From NCBI GenBank assembly GCA_038850115.1, contig JAWCMB010000005.1:1-52948 (forward strand): a stretch of DNA of 52,948 nt. The letters are read 5' to 3'. Position numbers and translations under genes: made by a program. The notes below the pieces were generated by a model. The model saw only the letters and a list, made by a program, of their open reading frames with translations. It ran no database searches and was not told the DNA's origin. Shown here piece by piece: positions 39,202 to 48,695 of the stretch (position 1 is the stretch's first letter; every line of letters starts with the position of its first letter). The DNA is from Thermoproteota archaeon. GTDB lineage: Archaea > Thermoproteota > EX4484-205 > JAAOZP01.

Positions 39202-39296
39202 ATAATTACTCTGATCGTACTCGAATCGCACTCAGATGAACTCAGACCGAATATAGATTGAACTCAGATAGTACACGGATGAACTTAGATCACAGA
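39202..39296 (+). repeat. Left helically phased repeat array (8 units of 10-11 bp, consensus AGAT(G/C/T)..ACTC)
   Basis: AGAT-like cores start at 39212, 39223, 39234, 39244, 39255, 39266, 39277, 39287. Confidence 0.85.
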
Positions 39297-40127
39297 GAAG
39301 AAGTTGAAAGAAGAAAGCTTTTTAGCGGGGGAAATATAGAGCGATTAAGGGTAAATGGGAGTGTTAAGCCACTTGGTGAGGCTTCTTTCCGCCCTCTTCC
39401 TCAGCATGTTTATCTCTTATACCGTTTATCGCGCCCTGGGCTGATTGATGCCCTCCTCTCCAGTATCATCGGGCTCGGCCTGATGATGAGCCTCCCCTTC
39501 ACGCTGATCTTTCTCTTTTACGGTAGGGTTCAATGGGCTAAATACGCCCTTGCCTTCATTTGGGCTGCATACCTCGTTGGAATCTGGACATACATGCTCG
39601 TAAGCATGGTGGTAACACTTCCAAGTTATCTTTGGATTCCAGTTATGGCAGCTTTCCTAGGGGGAATAGTAACTCTGGCCATTTGGAAGAGGAAGAAGCT
39701 TACCATCCCTTGGCCATTACAGAGGGATGTGGAGCCGAAAGTAAAGGGGCTTGAAGAAGGACTAGAGGAACGTGAAGAATTGGGCCGTTTAGAGGAGGAA
39801 AATAAAGAACTTTCTACTCTAGTAGAGTCCCTGAACGAAATTGAATGCAAGATATTATTGATGCTTCTGGAGTCGGAGAGGCAGTATTCTAAGAAGGAGC
39901 TTCAAGGCGCGGTTAAAGCCACTTATTCCAGGGTGTTGAGGGCGGTGGACGAGTTGAGCAGGCTTGGGCTAGTCGAGGTCACGGAGCTCCCGAGGAGGAC
40001 GAGGGGCGCGCCAATCCAACACATGGTGAAGGCTTCGGAAGACGTGTTAAAAAGTGGGCCCGAGGCAAAGAGGCTGGTCGAGAAGAGGCTCGTAAGACTG
40101 GAAAAGGCTGGCCCCAGTGCTAAATGA
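39258..40127 (+). CDS. Membrane protein (about 4 TM) plus coiled coil plus C-terminal winged HTH
   Basis: Hydrophobic block at about aa 62-143; EEREELGRLEEENKEL coil; ILLMLL...SKKELQGAV...YSRVLRAVDELSRLGLVEV wHTH. Start uncertain (TTG 39258 or ATG 39279). Confidence 0.7.
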   Translation: MNSDSTRMNLDHREEVERRKLFSGGNIERLRVNGSVKPLGEASFRPLPQHVYLLYRLSRPGLIDALLSSIIGLGLMMSLPFTLIFLFYGRVQWAKYALAFIWAAYLVGIWTYMLVSMVVTLPSYLWIPVMAAFLGGIVTLAIWKRKKLTIPWPLQRDVEPKVKGLEEGLEEREELGRLEEENKELSTLVESLNEIECKILLMLLESERQYSKKELQGAVKATYSRVLRAVDELSRLGLVEVTELPRRTRGAPIQHMVKASEDVLKSGPEAKRLVEKRLVRLEKAGPSAK

Positions 40128-40193
40128 CCTGTGTTCATCTGAGTGCGATCTGTATTCGATCTGAATTCATCTGAGTTCAATCAGAATAATTAT
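40127..40193 (-). repeat. Right phased repeat array, inverted relative to the left array (6 units)
   Basis: ATCT-like cores at 40127, 40137, 40148, 40159, 40169, 40180; the reverse complement aligns to the left array. Confidence 0.85.
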
Positions 40194-42423
40194 GAGGAGC
40201 CTCTTGAAAATTCAGGTCAAATTGATATCGTTGACGAGGTTCAGGAAAGTCGTCTACGAGAGAGTCGAGGTAACCGAGCTGGGGAAAAGGGTCGAAAGAC
40301 CTCCTACTAAGCATATAAGAACGTTTGAAGTCTTAGGAGCGAAGGTAATTCTTGGAAGGGATGCCTTCAAAATTTCTGGGAGGCTCATTTCCGAAGCGAG
40401 GCTGAGGTCAGCTGATCATAGCGACACCTCTTCTGAGCTTAGGATGCTTCGCGGCCTATTCATGAACGGTTTTGATGGCATGTTCACGGTGTCATATGAG
40501 CCGTTTAACTACGAGATGAGGCTTTCAACGGCATCCAGGTCTATCGAGGAGCTGGGTAAGATGTTCTCGAGAATGAGGGCAAGTGTGCATGCCGGATTCC
40601 CCGAAGCCGAACTCGAAACCCTCAACGCTTCTTCCGAGGTTGTCCTATGGCCGCTGGGCGGCCCACCGGTTTTAAGGTATAAGAACGCTTTGATCCTACA
40701 GAGAAGACAGGGATTCTCGGCAGCCTCATTTCTATCCATGAAGCCGGACGATTCACTTGATATCGTAGAAGATGCTTTGGAGAATGCTCTAAGATCCTCG
40801 GCAGAATCCGGATGCTCGCTTAGGTTTTGCGTTCCAATTAAATCGTGCAAAGGTATCCTTCATGCCTTAAGCTTATGGACTGAGAGGAGGAGAATCTCCT
40901 CGCGATATTCGAGGACCTACGAGAGGTTGATGAAGAAAGGGCTTCACAATAGCAGAGGGGAGCTTATAGGCTACAACTTGAGGGAATCCGCCGAGCTTGA
41001 GGAATTTCGCTTGAAGTATGAGAGACTCGATAGCAATGCTGGATGCTGGACATGCTCACTAATTATCGTCGTGATAGGACCTTCTGAAAAAGACCTCAAC
41101 CAAGCCTATCTGAGACAAAGGAACAATGTGGAGGCAGTTAAAGCAGCCTTCTCCTCCTCATATGGGATTAAGCTAGAAGAGGTCGGCCTGCTAAGCCTTG
41201 GTAGCGTAGCGAGGAGCATCCTTGAGAGGAAAATTGTAGACTTCAAGAAAGCCCACATGACTAGTGACGAGCTATCATTACTTGTAAATATTCCAAGGCC
41301 GATAACGCCGAGCATATCCTACACGCCAAGGAGAAACGTCGATTTTGGGGCCTTTGACCCAGCTGAGCTCAAGGGGAACGGAATAATGCTGGGCTATTAC
41401 GAGTCCATGGGGAGAAGGCTTGAGGTCAGAATAGGGATAGAGGACTTACCTCTCCACCTAGCCATATTTGGGGTTCCTGGCTCCGGTAAAAGCACTCTGG
41501 CAAAGGCACTCTTGAGAAGGTATAGGGAGCTCGGAGGCCCCATAATGGTTTTCGACAGGCACGGAGAATACATCAATGAATTTGATGACGCCATGGTTCT
41601 CAACACGGACAATGCTAGGATAAACCTCATGGACCATCATGGAGATCCAGAGGGACATGCCAAGATTCTAAGTGAGGTTTTTACAATGGCCTGGCCAAAT
41701 GAATTCGGACCATTAGTCTCCCACATCTTCAGAAGAATGTACTTTAGGTATATTAGGGAGGACAGTTGTCCAAATCTCGTTGACTTTCTGGAGTTCCTCG
41801 AGAAGAGTTTAGACTCCGAAGACTTAATGCTACTCCGCTCCGGTAAGGCTAGGGATAAGCTATTCTCGTTAGTCGGAAGGCTAAGTGAGCTTACGCAGGG
41901 CAACATCGGCAAAGTGTTTGACGTGGTTAGCAAGCAAGAAGACACGATGGAAAGGCTTCTTTCAGACACCGTTATCTTTGACTTGAGCGACATGGATACT
42001 GATAGGGATGCAAACATATTCGCATGGATAATGCTTAAACAGGTCTATGATTTCAGGAAGAGAAGAAAGTTAAGCAAAGGCCTACCACACGTTATAGTTT
42101 GCGAAGAGGTTCACAACATTGCTCCAGCTAAATTCGAGGGCCAGGAAACAATAGTCGAGAAGATGCTTAAGGAGATGAGGAAGTTCAAAGAATCTGTTTG
42201 GCTCATAGATCAAAGACCATTAACAGTATCGAGAGACGTTTTAGGATTATGCGGGACAATAATTTGCCTGAGACTACAATACTCAAGCGATGTCGAAAGA
42301 ATTGCAGATACAATGCATCTTAATGAAGAGCAAAGGCTGAAACTACAGGAGTTTAAACAGGGAGAAGCAATAGCGTTACTACCAGGAATAAGCACGGCAA
42401 TACCAGTTATATTGCAAGCATAA
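40192..42423 (+). CDS. HerA/FtsK/VirB4-superfamily ATPase (DUF87) with long N-terminal extension
   Basis: HLAIFGVPGSGKST Walker A, VFDRHGEY, VCEEVHNIAP Walker B, EMRKF...IDQRP, GEAI. Confidence 0.88.
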   Translation: MRSLLKIQVKLISLTRFRKVVYERVEVTELGKRVERPPTKHIRTFEVLGAKVILGRDAFKISGRLISEARLRSADHSDTSSELRMLRGLFMNGFDGMFTVSYEPFNYEMRLSTASRSIEELGKMFSRMRASVHAGFPEAELETLNASSEVVLWPLGGPPVLRYKNALILQRRQGFSAASFLSMKPDDSLDIVEDALENALRSSAESGCSLRFCVPIKSCKGILHALSLWTERRRISSRYSRTYERLMKKGLHNSRGELIGYNLRESAELEEFRLKYERLDSNAGCWTCSLIIVVIGPSEKDLNQAYLRQRNNVEAVKAAFSSSYGIKLEEVGLLSLGSVARSILERKIVDFKKAHMTSDELSLLVNIPRPITPSISYTPRRNVDFGAFDPAELKGNGIMLGYYESMGRRLEVRIGIEDLPLHLAIFGVPGSGKSTLAKALLRRYRELGGPIMVFDRHGEYINEFDDAMVLNTDNARINLMDHHGDPEGHAKILSEVFTMAWPNEFGPLVSHIFRRMYFRYIREDSCPNLVDFLEFLEKSLDSEDLMLLRSGKARDKLFSLVGRLSELTQGNIGKVFDVVSKQEDTMERLLSDTVIFDLSDMDTDRDANIFAWIMLKQVYDFRKRRKLSKGLPHVIVCEEVHNIAPAKFEGQETIVEKMLKEMRKFKESVWLIDQRPLTVSRDVLGLCGTIICLRLQYSSDVERIADTMHLNEEQRLKLQEFKQGEAIALLPGISTAIPVILQA

Positions 42424-42496
42424 CTAATTCCCTCCAGATTTCAGAAATCCCTGCCTTACTCTGCTTCTAATTCCCAAGCTCTTAAACCTCCCGCCG

Positions 42497-42784
42497 TTAA
42501 CCTGGCTTGACTGTCTCAGCCTTCTTCACATCCCTGTTAAACTGGATGAGGAGAGACACAACCCTACTATTAAGATTTAACGCGACAATCTTATTGGCTG
42601 AAAGCCTCTCAATCCTGATTAAGCCGAGCCTCAGAAGATTCTTAAGAGCCCTGTCCACACTGGAGGAGGAGCAGCCAGCCCTCCTAGCAAGCTCAACCTG
42701 CGTGAAAATAGTGTGGGGAGAGTTTAAAAGCTCCTCTAAAACCCTAGCCTGAACCCTGCTGGCGAAAACCTCACTCAGCCTCAT
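42497..42784 (-). CDS. Small winged-helix DNA-binding protein
   Basis: RVLEELL...TQVELARRAGCSSSSVDRALKNLLRLGLI; start at ATG 42784 (the longer ORF runs through tRNA-Leu). Confidence 0.75.
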   Translation of the reverse strand: MRLSEVFASRVQARVLEELLNSPHTIFTQVELARRAGCSSSSVDRALKNLLRLGLIRIERLSANKIVALNLNSRVVSLLIQFNRDVKKAETVKPG

Positions 42785-42834
42785 CCTAAAACTTAAAAAC
42801 AATCCGAAAATAATATGTCTTACTGCAGGGGGTC

Positions 42835-42933
42835 GCGGGGGTCGCCAAGCCAGGCCAAAGGCGGGAGGCTCAAGACCTCGGGGGAGGGACCTCTTCCCGT
42901 AGGGGTTCGTGGGTTCAAATCCCACCCCCCGCA
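42835..42933 (+). tRNA. tRNA-Leu(CAA) with 14-nt intron at 37/38 (42875..42888)
   Basis: GCGGGGG/CCCCCGC acceptor, GGAGG-CTCAAG|intron|A-CCTCT, long variable arm, GTGGG-TTCAAAT-CCCAC. Confidence 0.92.
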
Positions 42934-43043
42934 CTTCTCAAAATTGAGCATGCGTCTTGCCATATCTGCTGTGTTCAATTTTTTGGCTTTGAAAGTTTTA
43001 AATACAGAGCTTTTTATGAGGCGGAAATTTGATAGCGAGTCTA

Positions 43044-43970
43044 ATGAAGGCTGAGCATGCGCTGCTCCTTGCTTTACTATTCTCTTTTTCATCGACTGTG
43101 GTGTTTAATGTAAAAGCTGAGGGCCTTCAATCTAACCCTACAAATATTGAGGTTGGGGTTTGGCTTGTAAACGTGGAGAAGGTGGATTTGTCTGCAGGCA
43201 GCTATCGTTTGGATTTTTACCTTTGGTTTAGGTTTGATCCTTCTAAGATAAGCTTAGAGGATGTAAAGGAGTTCGAGTTTATTAATGGTTTTCCGACGAA
43301 ATATGAGGTTAAAGCAGATGCAGACCATGGGTATTTAGAATATCGTGTCAGAGGAGACTTTATAAAAACCTTCGATTTCTCAAGATATCCTTTCGAAATG
43401 CATACACTCACTGTGGAACTGGAGCACAAAAAACTAAATGCTTCTCATCTAATCTTTACAGCGGATCCGACCTCAAACATTGATAAGGATGTTAATGTCG
43501 CTGGTTGGGAAATAGAGGGATTTGAAGCCGCAGTAAGAGAACACTCTTATAGTGGCGAAGTCTACTCCAGACTCGTTTTCAGCGTTTCGCTAAAAAGACC
43601 TATGCTGTCCTCCTTTGTAAAAAGTGTTCTGCCAATAATAGTTATAACAACAATATCGCTACTGGCCTTTTTCATTTCTCCCCAGAACTTCGGCCAGAGA
43701 ATAGGCTTGGGTGTGACAACCCTTATGTCTGCGACGACTTTTCATCTGACATTGCTCAGTGGCATTCCTCCAATAGGTTACCTTACTTTTGCTGACAGAA
43801 TGATGCTTTTAATATACGCAATTTTCCTCTTCAACCTTTCAGTCTCAGTCTACATCATGAAGCTTGTAGACGCGAAAAAAGCTGAAGAAGCGCAAAAATT
43901 CAACAAGAAAGCATCAAAACTGTTAGCTATTATTATAATCGCCTTAGTAGTAATCCAGCTATTTGCCTAA
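43044..43970 (+). CDS. Pentameric ligand-gated ion channel (Cys-less Pro-loop, ELIC/GLIC-like)
   Basis: Signal peptide, VDL..GSYRLDFYLW, FDFSRYPFE Pro-loop, four TMs with RIGLGVTTLM (M2) and PPIGYLTFAD (M2-M3). Confidence 0.85.
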   Translation: MKAEHALLLALLFSFSSTVVFNVKAEGLQSNPTNIEVGVWLVNVEKVDLSAGSYRLDFYLWFRFDPSKISLEDVKEFEFINGFPTKYEVKADADHGYLEYRVRGDFIKTFDFSRYPFEMHTLTVELEHKKLNASHLIFTADPTSNIDKDVNVAGWEIEGFEAAVREHSYSGEVYSRLVFSVSLKRPMLSSFVKSVLPIIVITTISLLAFFISPQNFGQRIGLGVTTLMSATTFHLTLLSGIPPIGYLTFADRMMLLIYAIFLFNLSVSVYIMKLVDAKKAEEAQKFNKKASKLLAIIIIALVVIQLFA

Positions 43971-44088
43971 ACGTAGTAATCCCTAATTGTGGCAAGCTTA
44001 GTTATGCGTGTGCTGTTACACATTTTCCTCCATATAGAAAACGCTTAAAAAGCATGTGTTAAAATTCAGGGCTGGTGTTTAGGAAAAC

Positions 44089-44496
44089 ATGACGGTAGAA
44101 GAGTGTGTTTTCTGCAAGATTGTTCGAGGAGAGCTGCCGTCTTGGAAGATTGTGGAAAACGACTTTGCGCTAGGCATTTTGGACACCAACCCTACTGCTG
44201 AGGGCCACTGTCTAATTGTCCCGAAACGGCACGTTCGCTATTGGCACGACCTAAGTGACGCAGAGACAGCCGCCGTTTTCAACACTGCAAAGACAGTCGC
44301 CAAACAAATAAAAAAGGCCTTTAAACCAGACTTCGTCTGTGTCTTCATTCGCGGTGGGCGGGTCAAGCACGCTCATATAGTGTTGTTCCCATCCCAGGAA
44401 GGTGACAAACTGAGCGGTTTTCCACAATCGGTCTTGGGAGCCACTGAAATCAACCTTGATGATGTACGAATGAAATTAGTCAGCACAGAGTTGTAA
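44089..44496 (+). CDS. HIT-family protein (divergent triad)
   Basis: CVFCKIV, PTAEGHCLIVPKRH, triad region HAHIVLFP. Confidence 0.8.
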   Translation: MTVEECVFCKIVRGELPSWKIVENDFALGILDTNPTAEGHCLIVPKRHVRYWHDLSDAETAAVFNTAKTVAKQIKKAFKPDFVCVFIRGGRVKHAHIVLFPSQEGDKLSGFPQSVLGATEINLDDVRMKLVSTEL

Positions 44497-44556
44497 AGTG
44501 CAACCAGCCCGTTCTTAACCCAGAGGCTATAGTCAAAGCTTTTATAATGCCAGGTG

Positions 44557-45288
44557 TTAACAGGAAGGTTCTCCTGGGCTTGCATTTAGGCTGACGCGCG
44601 CGAAAAACATTTGATTCCTGTTTCTGCCGACGCAGGCTATTGCCCCGATTTTTCTGAGCACGTAAGTTATTTTCCGTGATTGATTTACTGGTATTTCGAG
44701 GCTTTCAGCAAGGTCTCTATTCGTAAAGGGGTTTGGCAGGTCTTTAGGTAGGACTTTCAGTAAATCTGTTTTTTGTTCGAAAACTCTTCTCTCAAAAACA
44801 CGGAGTAGTCTTCTATCCTCTATGCTCGCGCCTTTTCTCCTCCAGCTTCCCCTCCCATCATTACACCATATTTCCTCCACTTCAACCATCAAAACCTCAA
44901 TGCTGAAATTACTTTTTAAAAGGAGATCCGGTATTCTTATTAATTCACTGAAAAGGTCGGTCAAGCAACCCTTCTTCGGAGACCTTCTTCTTCCATAAGT
45001 CTCTCCAGTGGTTGCGGATTTATGAACTACCCATTTTACCTTAGGTATAGGATAGACTAGGCGAACCTTATGGTCATCGAGTAGGCGCAGGAGCTTCGGC
45101 TTTATCGTTGAAAAGTTGGCAATCTGTATTTCAATCAGTAAGTCTCCCCGCACTATGTCCACTATAAAACCATCCACTTCGTCTTCCATTTTATCTCCGT
45201 CAAGAAAATACCAGTTCTTTATCGCAGAATGAAGCGAGCTTTCCCTTCTCGAACTGAGCACGTTATTTGAAGTTGATGACTGATTCAT
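44557..45288 (-). CDS. PD-(D/E)xK nuclease-like protein with C-terminal HTH
   Basis: ESSLHSAIK...FIVDIVRGDLLIEIQ nuclease-like core; FTNRDLAESL...SRKITYVL HTH. Confidence 0.55.
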   Translation of the reverse strand: MNQSSTSNNVLSSRRESSLHSAIKNWYFLDGDKMEDEVDGFIVDIVRGDLLIEIQIANFSTIKPKLLRLLDDHKVRLVYPIPKVKWVVHKSATTGETYGRRRSPKKGCLTDLFSELIRIPDLLLKSNFSIEVLMVEVEEIWCNDGRGSWRRKGASIEDRRLLRVFERRVFEQKTDLLKVLPKDLPNPFTNRDLAESLEIPVNQSRKITYVLRKIGAIACVGRNRNQMFFARVSLNASPGEPSC

Positions 45289-45733
45289 TTTCCATAGTAT
45301 CAGCTTTGCATGATAAAAAGGTTCCTGAGCAGCCTGCACTCAGCAGTAAAAACAAAAAATAGGAAAAGACTGGAGCATGCGGAAGACATCGTATGGCGAA
45401 TTTGAGATCATTCTATAAGCATAAGCTGGCAAAGATAGCAGAATGACTTGACGAAATAAAAAATCGAGACCCTCCTCTCTCATAAGAGGACATGCAGGTA
45501 TGGTGAGACTGCTTTGAGAAAAGCTGCTATTTTTGAAGATTTCTTGGTATGCTTATGTGCGGAGAATGATTGGTTTATACGGTTTTAACGTTCCCTAGGA
45601 AAATATTATAAAGGTCATTTAAGTCCTCCGTTTCCCAACGGGATGAACAGGCCGAACGGTAAAAATGAGACGTCGCTTCAAACTGGTCTAGGGTTTGAAG
45701 GCTCCAAAGCCTTGAAAAATTGGGTGAAGGAAG

Positions 45734-47152
45734 ATGGACGATGAATTTGAAGCGCTGCCGGAATCACGCAGTATAAGCAGATACAGAGATAGGATTGTTA
45801 ATGGCCCGATTATCAACACGTTTCTCTGGCTTGGTATCCCTCCGCTACTAAACCAGCTTGTGTTTGTAGCCTACAATGTTGCTGACACTTACTGGCTGAG
45901 CCGCTACAGTGAGTTGACAGTATCCGTCCCCAGACAGGTTATGCCGGTCATAATGCTTTTCCAAGCCGTTATAATGGCGACGAACGCTGCTTGCCTGAGC
46001 ATTGTTTCCCAGTATATTGGGGCCAGAGCCTATAAAAACGCGAGCCTCGAGGCTTCACGCTTCTTCACGGTGGCCTTCCTCTGCGGAGCCCTGTTAAACA
46101 TACTACTCCTAACCCTTAGAAGCCAAATTTTCACATGGCTAATATTTACCCCGCCTGAAATCTTCGGGGAGGTCATGGTTTTTTCAGCCATCACTGCCTT
46201 CGACGTGTTCTTCAACTCCATAGCCTTTACTTTCGCCACACTGCTTCAAAGCGTGGGAGACACTAGGCGGCCGGCCATGATTAACATTATGGCTGTCGCA
46301 ATAAACATCGTGATGGATCCCTTCCTAGTTTTAGGTATCGGCCCGTTTCCACGCTTGGGAGTCATCGGTGCTTCTCTCACAGACGTCATGGGGAAAATCC
46401 TGTCAGTCATCGGTCAAACCTACATGCTTAGGAGAAACTATCCGGAGCTGAAAGTGAGGTTTACGCGGGAAATAGATGTTGAATGGGCTAAGCTGGTTCT
46501 ACAGATAGGTTTGCCCATTCTATCCTTCGGCCTGCTGAACGGGTTCGCCTTCACCTTGCAGCAGAGGCTTATTAACATGCTGGGCATAGTGGCTGCAACC
46601 GCCTTTTCAATAGGCTTCGTAATAATGAACATTGTTGACGCCGCGCTTTTCGGGTTAAGCGGAGCCACGGCAATAATGATAGGACAAAGCCTTGGAGCAG
46701 ACAATCCCGGAAAGGCGAGACGAATAGCATTCAAGACAACCATGTTGGTGTTTATCCTTATTGCAACTAGTGCCATCGTCATCTATCCTTTTAAACGGCA
46801 AATAGCAAGCGTTTTTGCAAGCGACCCGGCCATACTTGACGAGACGGAACGATTCCTGCAGCTAATATTACCAACGCTTCCTTTCTTCGGGCTCTGCGTG
46901 AACTCAATGTCGATTGCAAGAGGCTCAGGCCACACGGCTTTCCCAACAGCCATAGATATTGGAAGAATCTGGGTAGTGAGAGTAGCTTTAGGATATTTCT
47001 TAGCGTTTATGTTCAACATGGGCTCCATGGGTATCTGGCTCCCGTTCTCGTTGAGCAATGTTGTAGGTGGGACAATTCTAATCCTATGGGTGAAATACTG
47101 GAAATGGGATAAAGCCATAATAAGGAGAAACAACCTGAAACCAACGAATTAG
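45734..47152 (+). CDS. MATE-family efflux transporter
   Basis: 12 TMs; YNVADTYW, GDTRRPAMIN...NIVMDPFLV, IGQSLGA, RGSGHT motifs. Confidence 0.92.
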   Translation: MDDEFEALPESRSISRYRDRIVNGPIINTFLWLGIPPLLNQLVFVAYNVADTYWLSRYSELTVSVPRQVMPVIMLFQAVIMATNAACLSIVSQYIGARAYKNASLEASRFFTVAFLCGALLNILLLTLRSQIFTWLIFTPPEIFGEVMVFSAITAFDVFFNSIAFTFATLLQSVGDTRRPAMINIMAVAINIVMDPFLVLGIGPFPRLGVIGASLTDVMGKILSVIGQTYMLRRNYPELKVRFTREIDVEWAKLVLQIGLPILSFGLLNGFAFTLQQRLINMLGIVAATAFSIGFVIMNIVDAALFGLSGATAIMIGQSLGADNPGKARRIAFKTTMLVFILIATSAIVIYPFKRQIASVFASDPAILDETERFLQLILPTLPFFGLCVNSMSIARGSGHTAFPTAIDIGRIWVVRVALGYFLAFMFNMGSMGIWLPFSLSNVVGGTILILWVKYWKWDKAIIRRNNLKPTN

Positions 47153-47346
47153 CACGTGTAAAGCTGTTTACGAGGAGGTTATCTGATATTTTGTACAAAC
47201 ACTAGGGCGAATCCAAAGAGGTCTTGAACCGCGAACTCGCGAACCGCGTACGGCGGTCTACGGGCTAGCGTGCAGCCACCCTCAGGCTTCCCTAACCTGT
47301 TTAAACTTTAAAGCTTCTTGAGCAGGAAGGATTAAGGTGTTAAAAG

Positions 47347-48645
47347 GTGAGTAAAATAACCATTTCCGAAACTCGAGACTATTTCTCGAAAGACGGTGAG
47401 AAATTCTTCTATCTTGCGGATACTTGTTGGAGTGCTTTCACTAACCCGACGTACGAAGAATGGGAGTATTATCTTGAATATAGAAGAATGCAGGGGTTTA
47501 ACGTCCTGCAAATAAACATGCTTCCTCAACACGATAGAAGCCCGTCGCAGAACTATATCGACCCTTTTGAAACACTTCCTGATGGAGGATGGGACTTTAA
47601 CCGGAGGAACGAGAAATACTTCGATAGGGCGGAAAAGATTGTTGAGATGGCGGTTGAGCAAGGCTTCACGCCAGCGCTTGTAGTATTGTGGTGCAACTAT
47701 GTTAAGGGAACATGGGGGTCAAAGATAAGCTCGTCCAGGATTATTCCAAGGGATAAACTGGAGGAGTATGTGAGCTATGTGGCGGAAAGGTATGGGAAGT
47801 ATAACCCTATTTTCATAATAAGCGGGGACACGAATTTCGAAGCCGAAGACTCCGTGGATTATTATAATGCCGCGTTTGAAACGGTTAAGAAAAAAGCTCC
47901 CGGCTCTTTAACCACTATGCATTTAATGGGAGGGCTATGGGAGGTACCGGAGCCCCTTATTAAATCGCCGAACTACGATTTCTACATGTACCAGTCGGGG
48001 CATGTTAGGGAGCACCAGCATCTTCCATACGAGCTTGCTCAAAGGTTTTACAATATGCCTATTAAGAGACCTGTGGTGAATGGCGAACCCTGCTACGAGG
48101 GAATAGGTTCAATCGGATCCTACAGCAAGTACGGAAGGTTCAGTAGTTTCGACGTTAGAAAGGCTGTGTGGCAGAGTCTTCTTTCAGGAGCTAAGGCGGG
48201 GGTAACATATGGGGCGCATGGCATATGGTCATGGCAGGGAGAAGGCGGAAACCTAAAGTATCCGGAAGAATATGCTTCAATCTACGGCGCTCCTTATAAC
48301 TGGCGTGTTGCGCTCAGGTTTCCAGGAGCATTCGACGTATCTTTCGCAAAATGGATCTTTGAAGAATACGATCTCTTTGATATTAAACCTGCTAACGAGA
48401 GGCTTGTAAACAAGACTCTGGAAATAAGGGTCTCTGAGGGAGAAGACAAGATTCTGATTTACACGCCCTTCAACACGGATATAAAACTAAAGACTAGCGA
48501 GTCGTATAATAAATGGGAAGGAATAGATCTTAGAGCAAGAAGAATCTTCAAGCCGGAAGTGGAAAGAGAGGAAAACTGCTTCACAATAAGAATGACCGAG
48601 TTCAACAGCGACCTCCTAATAATTGGAAGCCGGAAACTGAAATGA
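47347..48645 (+). CDS. DUF4038 (apiosidase/GH140-like) glycoside hydrolase
   Basis: DGEKFFYLADTCW, RRMQGFNVLQ, YQSGH, PVVNGEPCYE, GVTYGAHGIW. Confidence 0.82.
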   Translation: MSKITISETRDYFSKDGEKFFYLADTCWSAFTNPTYEEWEYYLEYRRMQGFNVLQINMLPQHDRSPSQNYIDPFETLPDGGWDFNRRNEKYFDRAEKIVEMAVEQGFTPALVVLWCNYVKGTWGSKISSSRIIPRDKLEEYVSYVAERYGKYNPIFIISGDTNFEAEDSVDYYNAAFETVKKKAPGSLTTMHLMGGLWEVPEPLIKSPNYDFYMYQSGHVREHQHLPYELAQRFYNMPIKRPVVNGEPCYEGIGSIGSYSKYGRFSSFDVRKAVWQSLLSGAKAGVTYGAHGIWSWQGEGGNLKYPEEYASIYGAPYNWRVALRFPGAFDVSFAKWIFEEYDLFDIKPANERLVNKTLEIRVSEGEDKILIYTPFNTDIKLKTSESYNKWEGIDLRARRIFKPEVEREENCFTIRMTEFNSDLLIIGSRKLK

Positions 48646-48695
48646 GGCTCTACTCCAGGTGCTTATAAGAGCGTCAAAGCACTCAAAGAATAGCG

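Noticed and set aside
39322-39331. TAGCGGGGG match to the initiator tRNA 3' end as an att site
   Set aside because: Only 9 nt and inside a coding region.
39202-40193. Phased arrays as a CRISPR array
   Set aside because: Units are 10-11 bp and contiguous with no unique spacers; no cas genes in the window.
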